Shown here: positions 23,301 through 35,720 of the stretch, piece by piece
Layout of the letters: every line of letters begins with the position of its first letter
Numbering within the stretch: position 1 is the first letter of the stretch
NCBI GenBank assembly: GCA_032718475.1
Contig: JAUCBJ010007004.1
Coordinates: 1-64,000 of the forward strand
Origin: Nemertoderma westbladi
Lineage: Eukaryota > Animalia > Xenacoelomorpha
Reading direction: 5' to 3'
Length of the DNA stretch: 64,000 bases
Translations under genes and position numbers: made by a program
The notes under the pieces: generated by a model
Told to the model about the DNA's origin: nothing
What the model saw: only the letters and a program-made list of their open reading frames with translations
Database searches by the model: none

Positions 23301-26300
23301 AACCGGTCTGATATCTTGTACTTAGGTAGATCTTTAATAACATGAACTTGCGCAGATGTCACTGGAGCAGGATCATTAGTGGTCTGCGTCCTGGAGTAGT
23401 GATGGTGAAAACATCTCTTTAAGTATGTGACGGCTTTACAGAGACGATTCCAGGAACTGTAATGATGCAGTGCTCTCTGCAGCAGGGGTGAGATTCCTTG
23501 CGAGACGTCTGGTATCCCCGATTTCCAATCTCTGTCTCTAATTTCCACAACAGATTTGTTTGTGGCGAGGGATTGTGGATCCGAAGTATCGTTTGCGGCA
23601 GTATGTAATACAGATAGATCGATTGTCGGTTTAAATAACTTCGATTTACTTGTCCGAATTTTGGGTTTGACTTTCTCCGCTCCCTTGGCTTGTCTAATCT
23701 CAGCCGTAGTAAGGTGAGGAGGCCATTCATCCTCTTCCTTGCTCAAGAAGTCGGGTCCACCCAACCAGTCAGGGGTATCTATCAGTTCCTGTGGAGTTGC
23801 TCCTCTGGAGGCGATGTCAGCTGGGTTAATCGTACCAGGGCAATGTCTCCATTGATCTATCGTTGTGCGACTAAGAATAATGGCTACTCTGTTAGTAACA
23901 AAGACGCTGAACTGACAGACTTCATTCGTTATATATTCCAATACAAGTAAAGCGTCGGTCCAATAAACAGTTTTCTCCAGTGGATAATCGATCTGTTCTG
24001 TTACATTCCGTCCGATAGCTGTAGCGTATAAAGCTGCTTTTAACTCCGCCCGAGGAACCTTAAGCTTGTTGTTAATCAATGCCTTAGAGGTAACCAAGGC
24101 AACTTTGATTCCATCCGGAGTTTCGACTCGCAGGTATGCTACTATACCGATTCCCATATCGCTGGCATCTCCAAATACATGGAGTTGATAGGAATACGTA
24201 GGGAGAACATGGCCAAAATATGAACGAGAAATTATAAAGTTCTCGATGGCAGGTAGCGAGTCCTCTCATTTCATCCATTTCTTTAATAGTTCTCCCTTGA
24301 GTGGATCGTCCCACGAGTGGTTTTCCAGCCACATTTGTTGTACTAAACTCCGAGCAATCAATATAACTGGGCTAATAAATCCCAAGGGATCGAAATAAGT
24401 GCTCAGAATACTTAAACAAATCCGTTTGGTCCGAACTGGATTATCTCGCTGTTTTAACTGAAAAAATAGGATGTCTCTTTCTGTGTCCCACTTCAAGCCA
24501 AGCGTCTTGGTTTCCGGAAGATCATCATGTATTAAGTCGAGATCTTTTGATCCCCGGTCTTCTACCGATATTGCTTCCAGAAACTCACGGGAGTTGCTGG
24601 TGAACTTCGTCAATCGAAATCCACCTCTTTTCAAACACTCAACCGTTCCTTTCGCGACATCAATGGCTTCCTTTACTGATGGAAGGGACTTTAAATTGTC
24701 GTCCATGTATATGTCTCGTTTGATGTTATCTATCACCTCTTTAGAGAAGGCATCCCTGTTGTCATCCGCAGTGGTACGGACCACTGAGCAGGCGTTTGAA
24801 GGGCTTGATATAATCCCAAAGGCCTGGATGGTCATCCAATACTCTACCGGTTTCTGGTTGAGATCTCCTTCAGGCCACCACAGGAATCTTAGGCTGTCTC
24901 TATCCCGATCCAACGCCTTGACTTGTAGGAACATTCCTTCTATATCGGAGGCGAACGCGATGGAATATTGTCTTAATCTTAACAGTATTCCCAACAAAGA
25001 TTGAAGCAAGTTGGGTCCTGGTAACAATTCGGAATTAAGGGATTGACCCATATATAGGGCGGAGCCATCAAATACGACCCGTACTTCATGGGGTTTACCG
25101 GGTTTGGGAACATAATGATGTGTTAGATAATAAGTCCTTTCAGTTATTGGAGTTCCTTCCGGTACTCGCTCCGCATATCCCTTTGTGATAAATTTCTTCA
25201 ACTGAGTTTGGTACATTTCCTTAGCTGAAGCGTTTGCCGTAAGACGTCGATGTAATTGATTGATTCTTTTCTCAGCCAAGGGTCTGTTATTTATAAATCT
25301 GGGTTCACGTTTTCGGAAGGGTAGTCCGATTTCATATCTACCTTGATCTTTTAAAAAACGTGTGGTTGTTTCCTGGATTTGCTTGGCTCTTTCTTCTTCT
25401 ATCGACAGGGCTTTGTCGTATGAATTGGGTTCTACCAATTCTTGGGTAAAGAATCGTACGGCGAGTTCGTCCCGAGTTCTAGCGTTGTAGCGCTCTACCT
25501 CGTCATTAAGTTCGTCATTATAAATAATGGATTCCGTTGGGCGAATCAGTTGACATAGGTTCGTTTGGTTTTTCCAAGTTTGGTTTTCGGTAAGTAGATC
25601 CATTGTGTTCTCTTCATCGAAGAGTTGGTAGATGTCGTCATTATCTGAGGAGTATGGTGTTCCCTCAGTTGGTTCGTCCACATCGCTGCTTTCCTCTTCC
25701 CAATCACTTACCTGATCTATTTGTTCGTGTGGCATTCTCTCTTCGAGAGTTCTACGGGAAGGGCCAGTAAAGTACCAACCTACTCTAGTTCTTACCGCAT
25801 AGGTTTGCAGTGGTTGTGGTTGAGCAGGCCGTTTCTCTAATGTTTCGAGCGCCTCGTGCGCGTTTTGGCCGATAAGTATTTGCACTCCATGATAATCTGT
25901 CTGGAATCGAGGTATCTTAAGATGTTGGACGCTCTCATCTTCGTCCCAATTATAAAGGTCTGCTTGAGTAGTAGCAAAGTTCTTTATAGCAACCATTTTT
26001 ACTGACCTTATACCTTGTGTTCCTAACTTATCCTGGGGGGTGGACAACACACCTACATAGTAATCTGCCGTTAGGGTAGATTTCCAAACCTGCATAATTC
26101 CTGACATATTCAATTTAGTCCGGAACTTGGGTTGTCCAGTAAAAATATCTTCGGCTAGTTCTTGATCGATGAATGTTCCTGTGCTGCCGGAGTCAAGGAG
26201 AGCGTTCACTATGTAGCTTTTTTTAAGACCGTGAACTCTTACCTGAACTACAGGAAATTCTCTTATTCCTACGTTGGAAGCTGGAGCTTTCCAAGATGGT

Positions 26301-27957
26301 TGTTTGGCGAAAGTAGTTTGGGGAAACTCATCGTTGATGTCCTTTTCGTGAGTAAGTGCTCGATACACCGCGGTGTTTATTAGATAACAGGATTCATTGG
26401 CGTCGGAGAATTCGTCAGTATAGAATCCTTCCATCTCAGACTCTTGATCGGTGTCATTTACGTCACTAAATTGGACATGTAGTTCGGGCTCACTTACCTG
26501 ACTCTGTTTGTCTCGTTCAAACTCACTGTGTAACAAGATGTGATGTTTCGCGCCACACTTTTCACACTTTAGGTCGGAGTAACAGGTTTGCCGTTGGTGT
26601 CCTGGTCTGAGGCAATTATAGCATAACCGCTTGTCCCACACAACGGTACGTCTGTCGATAAGTGATTTCTTTAGAAATTCCGCACACGCACTCAAACGGT
26701 GGGTCCCGTCGCACAGCGCACAGTTAGGTTTTATGTTACTTATTTTACCTTGGGTAGTCTGATGCACTCTCGTTCTTTCTTCGGGCTTTCTTCCGCGCAT
26801 TCTACTAGGAGACTGAGGAGGGGTCTTAGCAATCTGTTCTCTCCTATTGTTGGTTCGAGCCTTGTATTTACTTACGTCCTTTGAGGTTTTGTCAACATAA
26901 TAAGATCGGTCTGTATCTTTCCCGCTGTCCTCTTCTTGGGAAGCTTGGCTTTCGCCGTCGTCAGTGTAACACACCGGTGTTACCCTTCTCCTAGAAGTGG
27001 GTTTCTCACTTACCTTATTTTCCGATGTTTTCTCTCTGGACTGCTTGATGAGTTGTAGTTTGACTTCGCCATCTAAGAAAGACATGAGATCAGCCATGGT
27101 AGGACTTCGTCGTTGTTGTTCATTCATGTACAACACTTTCTTGTCCCAGCGTGTACATACTCCACCCTTTGGTAAAGTAGAGACTACGGCTCCAATAACC
27201 ATGGAACTCTGATATTCGTGCGACTTACCTAACCAGTCCAGTTGTCTACAGATCTCTTGAATTTCATCGGAAAACTCTATAATCCCACTACTAAGGAAGT
27301 GTCGGGGGGCTACTAATTTGGCGTACAAATACTTAGCTATGTTATCCTTGTTACCATACCTGATGTTTAATGTATCCCAAACTTGTCTTAATCCTTCTGG
27401 ATGTCCAATAAACTTTAACGCCATTAACTTGGGAGGTCCTTCCAAGCACTTGATGAGGAATCTAAGTTTCTCTCCGTTAGATAGTACAGAGTTCTGTATG
27501 CTATCTTTGTAATATTCGTTGAAAGGTAACCATTTCATCTCATCTCCATTGAATTTGACGATCTCTCCCACTTTGACAGCTTGGCGGGCTTCTGTTCTAG
27601 CCATCTGACGCGTAAAGCTTTCTTGGGCCATCGTGTTATTTAATATCGAATTATCGGTATATAAATTTCTCGGATCTGTTGAAGATATATAAACAGTTAT
27701 AGATAATCCAGTAACTCAATAATATAGTATAATAGCTGACAGTCAAGTTACAGAACTGCACACAGACCTAACACAACTGACAACTGCACAACCTCCTACC
27801 TACCGTACCTGTCCAACCGGTAGGCCTACACCTGATACAGCAACACTAGTACTGTACTGTAGTTTTTCCTTTCTTGTACTACCGTACTATCCCAGTGGCA
27901 TGGCCTACTATATGTCTCACACAATTTCCCAACACCTCCCACAGTTTTATAAACTTT

Positions 27958-28285
27958 TTAGTTTTCAAATCCATATCGCTTTGGGGGCCTAGACATTCGG
28001 CCTGAACGCGTAACGACCGTGGGTGGAGCAACCCCTATTGGTATCTCATCTTCATCATCTGTAGGGTCTATTTCATCGTATGATGTTTCATCATCTGTAC
28101 TATCAACCTCCGTTTCCGATTCGATATCAATTACCCTTTCAATTTCATTATTCGTATTTAATGCTGACTCAACCTGATTTTCTGCATGCGAAACTTTCAT
28201 CGACTTTCTAACATCTTGAAGGTGTCGGCGTATTCCTTTCACTATCACTGAACGTTCCTGTACTTGATCGACTCTATGAGGTCCC
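27958..28285 (-). pseudogene. Out-of-frame integrase C-terminal remnant (GPY/F-like) of the nested element
   Basis: Reads GPHRVDQVQERSVIVKGIRRHL...TRSGRMSRPPKRY, a typical integrase tail. Confidence 0.75.
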
Positions 28286-30484
28286 TTTTTCTACAAAAAC
28301 AGGATTAGGGTCTATGCTATTGCATTGATCACATTCTGTGCATATTTCATTCACTAACTTCTTTGGCACAGTTCTAGAATTTAATTCTCTATCAACGTTA
28401 CATAACTGCATGGTTCTGTCTACACCTTGGTGCGCTAATTTGTGTAAATATGTAACACGCTGACGATTGTTTACATTCAATTCCTGTATATCTCCCATTG
28501 CAGCGAATGCATCATTATTGGTTTCTTTTACATCCTTATCACGGCCAAATTTCAACCAATGTGATGGAATTCTAGTTAACGTGTCCGATAAATTTTTCGC
28601 TGATTCAACCCGATGCGGTCGGATTTTTAATTTATATTCTACTATGATCTCGCTCAGTATATCCAATCGACGCTCAATGAGCTTTCTCGCCTGACCTTTA
28701 GTTCGAATTCTGTGTGTGTCGAAAATAACAGCATTCACCCAGCTATACACGGTTGATGAATCAATAAAGAGATTAACTACTTTTATGTTCCAATCCACTG
28801 CCATGTTAATTCCCTCAATAACCGCATCTAGTTCTGATACATTTATGTGTTGGTTGTCACTTTCTTTGCGAAGCCATGATCTGTCTTCAACTACAACTCC
28901 GTCTATCTTTATCAATGCTCCCTTTGCAATTGAGCTGGCGTCAGTCCATATATCTGCGTGATCTGTAGTACGAACAACCCACTCTCCTTTTACAGGATCA
29001 TTGTGACATACATTATCGATCGTTTCATTAACCAATTGTTGTAAACCATCGCCTATATAACTGTCCCATGTTACGCCCGCACTACAGTGTTGTAACCATG
29101 CACATGCTGGTCTTAACCATCCTCCCACAGGATAGTGTCCCCGAAGCTGTCCACATATCGAATGTAACTCTCTCCTAGTGGTTTTTTCTGGAACTTCTGG
29201 TAACTTTTGACTCCGTCTCCAATACAATTTATTGTTTTGTTCATTTCCACAAATTTCTAGACCGAGAACCTTACATCCATTTATTACTGGTTCAGCGTCT
29301 TTTGAAATTAACCCATAATCTTTCAGGTGACCCCTTACAGCCTCTGTAGGTATTTTATTCGTGTTTACATATACATCGTCTCTGAAGTTATCTGTGGAAC
29401 TTTGAACCTTTTCATCTTTCTTTAAAACTCCTTCAACAATACGGTCCATAATCTTTGGACCAGGACCCAACCCAAATCCCATCCTAGTAACGACATATCG
29501 CTTTCCTTCATATACAACAGTTTGGTATGATCGTAGTTCTTCTTTAATATGAATTTGCATATATGCCCAACGAAGATCGATTACAGCGGTTTGTTCTCCC
29601 ATCCTCCGCCAGACTCTTAATTTTTCATTGCAGGCAGCAGCTTCACGACCAGGTGCATTGACGACATGAGAATTCAGTTCTCTATAATCTAAGATCGGCC
29701 TTATTCGTTGTTTTTTCTCCTCATATTTTGCCATGATTGGGATGGTTCCCTTGACTTCTCCATGAATTTCCGGAGAGTATGGAACTATCCATTCTCGCTC
29801 GATCCACTCTTCCATAGCAGCTTTATATAATTCGGTGTGCTCTGGTCGTATGCGATACTCAGTCATTCGATTATTAAGCTGAGGTGGCGTTCCGTCTTTC
29901 CACTTCCACTCTGCAGTCCAATTTTTTCCATCATATACTACGCGAAAGTCTGAATCTTCTATAATAATATCGGACTGATTGGGTGCTATTTTCTTAGTTA
30001 GTGATACTTCGATATTGACTTGTTCCTTCTCTTCAATATCTAGCTGTTTAACCTCAGCCCCTACACAACCAAATATGATTGGAGACAACGTTTCAGATCC
30101 AATATGTCGGACCACATCGATTCCTAACATTACTGCCCCTTCACCCAACAATTTTTCTACCACCAATACTGGCCATGTAAAAAGGAATTCAATTGAATTA
30201 ATGGCAACGAATGTTAATTCAACCTCTCCTATCACTCCACAATGCGATTCACCGTCTAACATCGTAATTTCAGATGATCTAATACATTTTTTCACTTCTA
30301 TTCCATTTTGTTGACACCATAGTTTTGACACTAAACATCTCGAGCAGCCAGTGTCAACCAATGCGGGAATGACTATATTCATTCCTTCAAGTTGAATGCC
30401 AACTAATGGGAGATTCCCATTGTGGGGGAAACATCCATTGGCTGCGATGAATCCCCCATTCCGTTTCCCGAAGGTTGCCGCCAC
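28274..30484 (-). CDS. pol: Pol of the nested element (PR-RT-RNaseH-IN zinc finger), -1 frame relative to gag, truncated
   Basis: LVDTGC, RPILDYRELN, IDLRWAYMQI, FRDD, WTDAS, H-x3-H...C-x2-C, then a stop. Confidence 0.9.
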   Translation of the reverse strand: MAATFGKRNGGFIAANGCFPHNGNLPLVGIQLEGMNIVIPALVDTGCSRCLVSKLWCQQNGIEVKKCIRSSEITMLDGESHCGVIGEVELTFVAINSIEFLFTWPVLVVEKLLGEGAVMLGIDVVRHIGSETLSPIIFGCVGAEVKQLDIEEKEQVNIEVSLTKKIAPNQSDIIIEDSDFRVVYDGKNWTAEWKWKDGTPPQLNNRMTEYRIRPEHTELYKAAMEEWIEREWIVPYSPEIHGEVKGTIPIMAKYEEKKQRIRPILDYRELNSHVVNAPGREAAACNEKLRVWRRMGEQTAVIDLRWAYMQIHIKEELRSYQTVVYEGKRYVVTRMGFGLGPGPKIMDRIVEGVLKKDEKVQSSTDNFRDDVYVNTNKIPTEAVRGHLKDYGLISKDAEPVINGCKVLGLEICGNEQNNKLYWRRSQKLPEVPEKTTRRELHSICGQLRGHYPVGGWLRPACAWLQHCSAGVTWDSYIGDGLQQLVNETIDNVCHNDPVKGEWVVRTTDHADIWTDASSIAKGALIKIDGVVVEDRSWLRKESDNQHINVSELDAVIEGINMAVDWNIKVVNLFIDSSTVYSWVNAVIFDTHRIRTKGQARKLIERRLDILSEIIVEYKLKIRPHRVESAKNLSDTLTRIPSHWLKFGRDKDVKETNNDAFAAMGDIQELNVNNRQRVTYLHKLAHQGVDRTMQLCNVDRELNSRTVPKKLVNEICTECDQCNSIDPNPVFVEKGTS
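30397..30469 (-). promoter_or_regulatory. -1 ribosomal frameshift signal: G GGA AAC plus pseudoknot
   Basis: The slippery heptamer (30469-30463) is in the correct gag frame, within the gag/pol overlap. Stems UGGGGGA/UCCCCCA, AAUGGGA/UCCCAUU and GCCAAU/GUUGGC follow it. Confidence 0.8.
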
Positions 30485-31359
30485 GATGATGCCGCCAAAG
30501 CATTATTGCTACCGGAGACCGCATTCATATACCCTTGTCTCGTACTGTTACGGCATCCTCTCGCAATATGACCCTCCATTCCACAGTTGTGACACCTGAT
30601 GACATTTCCACTATTTCTAGCTTGAAAACCATCATAACGATCATTACCGGTGCCACCTCTATCAGCTACTGAACAATTCCGAGCCAAGTGGCCCCACGTT
30701 CCACAACGGTAACACTGAACATTACTACCAACACCACCGCTATTTACAATGGGACGAAATCCCCTTCCCCTGTGTGGCCCACCACGAAAACCAGCAGCTC
30801 CAATCCCAAAACCGGCAGCTCCAATCCCAATCCCATCTCTTCCACTTCCGGCTCTCTCTGACAGTATACGCCGAGCTTGTTGCAATAAATCCGTCCAATT
30901 TCTCCTGCTCGCCATTGCTTTAACTTCTGACCTAACGCTCTCAGGTAAACCATTCGCAAACTGAGCCGTTAACATATCCTGTGCACATTGACTATCTATA
31001 TCCTTTGTAATTAGTGATAGCAACCTCCGCAAATCTGCTAGAAACGCATCAGCAGACTCATCACTCTTTAATATCCGACTTTTAAACTTATCGTACGCTA
31101 GATACGGATTGTCAGCAAACGCCTCGATCAATCGGTCACGAACTTCATCGTAGTTATTCTTTTGCTCGTCGTCCAGCTGATTTATAACATCATGAGCTGC
31201 TCCCGTCAGCGATAGACGAAAATATGTAACTCGACTCTCTTCCGTTAGTTTAGATTCCGTTTTGAGAATATTGAAAGTATCGTCAAACGTTGCAATCCAC
31301 GAGCAGGGATCACCAGTTCCATCATACTTAACGACGTAATCCGATAATTTTGGCGCCAT
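30403..31359 (-). CDS. gag: Gag of the nested LTR element, with two CCHC knuckles
   Basis: YDGTGDPCSWI capsid-like start; CYRCGTWGHLARNC and CHNCGMEGHIARGC. Confidence 0.92.
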   Translation of the reverse strand: MAPKLSDYVVKYDGTGDPCSWIATFDDTFNILKTESKLTEESRVTYFRLSLTGAAHDVINQLDDEQKNNYDEVRDRLIEAFADNPYLAYDKFKSRILKSDESADAFLADLRRLLSLITKDIDSQCAQDMLTAQFANGLPESVRSEVKAMASRRNWTDLLQQARRILSERAGSGRDGIGIGAAGFGIGAAGFRGGPHRGRGFRPIVNSGGVGSNVQCYRCGTWGHLARNCSVADRGGTGNDRYDGFQARNSGNVIRCHNCGMEGHIARGCRNSTRQGYMNAVSGSNNALAASSWRQPSGNGMGDSSQPMDVSPTMGISH

Positions 31360-31390
31360 AACGATTTAGGTTAAACAATAGATCAGTATA

Positions 31391-31402
31391 GCCCGGTTAG
31401 CT
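31391..31402 (-). promoter_or_regulatory. Primer-binding site complementary to a tRNA 5' end (Lys/Ile-like)
   Basis: The + strand reads GCCCGGTTAGCT directly against the 5' LTR. Animal tRNA-Lys begins GCCCGG(C/A)TAGCT and tRNA-Ile(AAT) often begins GGCCGGTTAGCT. Confidence 0.65.
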
Positions 31403-34400
31403 TGTTGAAGATATATAAACAGTTATAGATAATCCAGTAACTCAATAATATAGTATAATAGCTGACAGTCAAGTTACAGAACTGCACACAGACCTAACAC
31501 AACTGACAACTGCACAACCTCCTACCTACCGTACCTGTCCAACCGGTAGGCCTACACCTGATACAGCAACACTAGTACTGTACTGTAGTTTTTCCTTTCT
31601 TGTACTACCGTACTATCCCAGTGGCATGGCCTACTATATGTCTCACACAATTTCCCAACAGGATCATTATCAGGTCTATAGGGAATATCATTAATAACAG
31701 GTCTATAATCACCCTTAATAGGGTTTGCTATAGGAGTTTCAACTTCACTAGCAGTATAGATGCGTGTAGGCTCCACACCTTGCGCATGTAATACTTCAGA
31801 CCTAACAGGTTGACACAATGTTACAGGGGGTATTGGTATGCCCCTTTGTATATTGACTAATTTGTCGCGTTCTAGCGCGATACTTTGCTGCACTTCTTGC
31901 AACTCTGCTCTACTTTCCCTCACTGTTCCCTTAAGTTGGTGGACAGTCTCCTGCATCTGTCCCAGCAGGAGATTCATCCCACGCCGTCCCTCTTCCACCC
32001 ACTCAACCGCCGAAGCGGGAGTCGCCAACATAGTAGCGGGCTGACGCGGGACGACGGGAGACAAATTTTTAATTTCTCTCTCTGCTATCTGGACAGGGAT
32101 ATTCTCTTGGACTGTTCCACCGGGTACAGGCAGTGTAGTACTATGTAAAGGGAATTTAGAGTTAAGCTCTGGAAGTACAGGGGTCTCTAACACAGAAGTG
32201 ACTTTGGGAACGACAGGCCTAATTATCTCAGGCTCATCAACTATTGTAGAGAGTCTTTGGACCTTAATACTTTGGGCTGTAGGTTCTATACTACTCAAGT
32301 CTGTGCTAGCTAGCTGTCTTCTAACAGCTGGGGGCAAATCAGGCAATTTGCGACGGTAAGATGTTTTTCTACGCCTACTTAGATGAGATCTATTTCCTCC
32401 GCCTTCAGGATCGGTAGTATCGCCTTCCTCCGAGGATGTGTATCCCTGGCGCTTGGGAGTAGATTTTCTCATCATCTGCATCTGATTAGCAGTAAACTGT
32501 TTATTTATACTGTCTTGCGTCTCGTGCAGATTTTCCAACTCTAATTGGATAGTCTCCTCAGACGCTCTCCGTTCTGCTTCTGCCACTGTTGCCTTTCTTT
32601 CGGCTTCCGCCGCTTTTCTTTCTGCTTCTGCTTCTGCCGCCTTTGCCTTTCTTTCGGCTTCTGCTTCTTTTCTTTCTGCTTCTGCTTCCGCCGCCGCTGC
32701 TGCTGCTACCTTTCTTCTCTCTATCAGTTCTTTCTTTACTTGTTCTTCTCGGACTCTAGTGAGGCGGAGTTTTTCATCACATTCAGCTTGGTTTGCAGCT
32801 AACATTTCGGCATCGATTGAGTCCAACACAAGCTTGGTTCCTTCACTATTAGGGGAAAGTCCAGACAGCCTTCTCCTCAACTCTTCGTCTCCTAGGAATC
32901 GCTGATAGTCGGACAAGTAAATGTCGATAGCGTCTCTAGTTCGCGGTTTCTCGGCGGTCTCTTCGCTTTCCGCTTGAGAAAGGGTGACATCAGTTTGTTC
33001 TTCACAGGTTGATCTCTCCGCTAGCTGGGATTTCCACTGGGCCGTTTCCTGTACTTTGAGATCTACCCGATGTAACCAAGTTTTGACAGCAACCTGCAGC
33101 GACGTGTCCTGTCTTCTTTTGGAAGTTTCCTCAAAGGCTGAGAGGATTAGTCGTATGCGTAGGGTTCTTTCGCGTATTTGATATAGCAGCTCTTCCTGCT
33201 CTTGAGGTCCTTGAGGTTGTCGAAACAGTTGTTCTTCCAATCGATCCAAGGAGCCGAAGAATCCCTGCACATATCCTGCTGCCGACCTCTTCCAAACAGC
33301 TGGATCCATTGTATCTTTAGCCACTCCCATCCTGTGTATATCTTCCCAAGTAGCCTCGGACAGATCCAACGGGAGTCCGAGTCCGGGAAAGTTCCATTGT
33401 GATTCAACAATAGATATCAATTCTTCCCTGGCGTATCCCGCGTAATTATCTTGGGTCGCTCGCTTATTCCTCGCCCAGTCGGCTTGATGTTCTTCCACCG
33501 CAATGAATATAGTAGTTAGCACTGCAGCAGGAAGGGTAAGAAGGGGGTCCGAGTAGACTGTATCGGCCATCTGCACTCCGTGTTCGGGGGTCAGCTCTAC
33601 AGTATCCGAACTGCTGGAGCTATCGGGTCGCTGGGATGTATGTTCTTGACCAAGATGTTGCTGCGATGAGACGACTGCCTCTTGGTTCCGTTTGACCTGT
33701 GCCCGAGTGCCTATGATGGACCTATGGTGGATTAGCCTAGGGTCTGATACTACTGGAGGGATGACCTTTTTTGCAGTAGGAGGTGAGCTGAACTCCTTTC
33801 TTACTCGCTCCACACTCCTATCTGAGTCACAGATAGTTGTATCGATCAGACTGTCTGACAGGTTTTGCTGAGTGTCAGACATGTTTGGCTATACAGTTGA
33901 ATGTCTACTACTATAGTTTCAGTTAAAGCAAGTCTGGTAATTCAGTATGACCGCAAGCCTAGCGATTTATTACCGATACCGTTACTCAGTGTAACGTGAT
34001 ATATATACAATATATTAGAATACCGGTATGCTTATAATATATATATAAGTATTATTACAGACTAGATTTGTCACAGAGTACCGGTATATAATTTTAGCAC
34101 AAATATATATAAATATATAATAGGCCTATCGTGAATACCGGTATGCAGCTTACACTTATAGTATATAAGTATAATTCTGGACTAGAATTAATTACAGAGT
34201 ACCGGTATGATTTCAGCTCAAATTTATAGAAATAAATATAATAAGCCTATTGCCAGTACCGGTATGTCAATTATTTTTAGAATAATTGAATTTCTGAATA
34301 TTTTAAAGGTTACTTGGATACTTTAACTTACTTTATTACGGTTATTTAAGCAGTAGTCCAACTGATATTGAGACCTAGTTGTTGTCTGGCAGGCCTACTA

Positions 34401-35259
34401 TTTATAAATCGTTTGAGTTGATTTATAATAGATATATACCCGTTTAAAAAGGGTTTTTTGTCAATATTTGAAATAAATGTTATTATTTCTGGGGGAATCA
34501 CTACACAGAAGCTGTGCGCTCTCAGTGAAGTGTTACTTATTGAGACACTAAAACTGATAATTCTAATTTACCTAAGTTACTTAATACTACAAATTACTTA
34601 CGATATGGGTGAGATTAATTCTCTAATTAAAACACAACAAAATATTACGTACGAAATTTTTAGGGTAATTTTACAGGAAGTCTACAAACCAGCCTAACAA
34701 AGGGTTAGAATTCTGGTTATTACAACGGACAGGGTACTACGGTATTTGAAATAATAAGTAGTAGTAAATATATTGCACTGTCCAGATAGGAAAATACCAC
34801 CGCCTGACGACCTATAACCGTATCGCTATAGGTACTACGTTATGTATCACGGAGTGTTCCTACCTAGAAGTTAATAGAGCTAGCGAATGTGCCTATCAAC
34901 CACTTTACAACACAAATATACTGCCCACACTAATTATTCCGGAAAGCACTGTACACTAAACCCTAAATTAGGTACAAGTACCGGTATAACAAATAATCAG
35001 TAGTTAAATATACTTGAACAGTTAAAAGAACCACGGCATCTGCTGGAGTGACTGAAGCACAAAATCTCCAGTCTTTACCTACGCCGAGCAGCCCTGATGT
35101 AGTACCGGGGTTAGTTTAACTATAACGGTATGTATAACAAGCACAATTACTGTAGGAATAAACTTGGGGACATGAATGTTGCGAATAATCGCATAAACTC
35201 TGAATAATAAATATTACGCTACCCGTACAGAATACTCAAACAAAAATACAAACCAAACG

Positions 35260-35720
35260 CTGGCAGACTACTATCAAGCCTAAACAAACTACAGTATGTG
35301 CAGATTCTGAAACTGTTAGTTAGTATGCGTTCTAACACGGTAGTACGACTTATTCTTTAAGAGGGGATTGACCTTACAGCATATGGCTGCCCCAACTTAC
35401 TAACGGCACTTTATCAGACTACTCTACACACGCAGCAATCCCTTCAGACCTAAAAATAGCTAGACAACAATCCAGCCTACAAAATATTTGAGTAATAACT
35501 ATTACGGTACCTGAACAGACCACACAAACAAACACAGGCTAAAACACTGGCAGACTACGATCAAGCCTAAATAAACTACAGTATATGCAGACTCTGAAAC
35601 TGTTAGTTAGTATGCGTTCTAACACGGTAGTACGACTTATTCTTTAAGAGGGGATTGACCTTACAGCATATGGCTGCCCCAACTTACTAACGGCACTTTA
35701 TCAGACAAACTCTACACACG
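35260..35720. repeat. ~288-bp-period direct duplication in the BEL 5' leader
   Basis: ctggcagactac.atcaagcctaaa...cggcactttatcagac occurs at about 35260 and 35547. Confidence 0.9.

Larger units (their letters stand above)
27677..31660 (-). mobile_element. Nested LTR retrotransposon with Gypsy-like domain order (possibly Troyka-like lineage), 3984 bp, integrase core deleted
   Basis: 258-bp LTRs at 27677-27934 and 31403-31660 look identical by eye; TSD GGATC at 27672-27676 and 31661-31665; PPT GGGAGG. Confidence 0.95.
21824..33882 (-). pseudogene. gag-pol: BEL/Pao gag-pol polyprotein (about 2689 aa reconstructed), split by the nested element and one TGA
   Basis: Parts 33882-31661 and 27671-24266 join in frame (DNDP-RNLYTDNSILNNT-MAQES). 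It has a BEL gag (FNGDEMKWLPF), three CCHC motifs, protease LLDSGS, RT YMDD, RNase H HVFGDAS, and integrase HHCC, GVDLFGP, SDKGTNF and WWGGSWERLI. An in-frame TGA at 24266-24268 replaces the Trp of WMKW. Confidence 0.93.

Noticed and set aside
31552-33882. 776-aa ORF as an independent gene
   Set aside because: It is the N-terminus of the BEL gag-pol; its last ~36 aa are read-through into the nested LTR.
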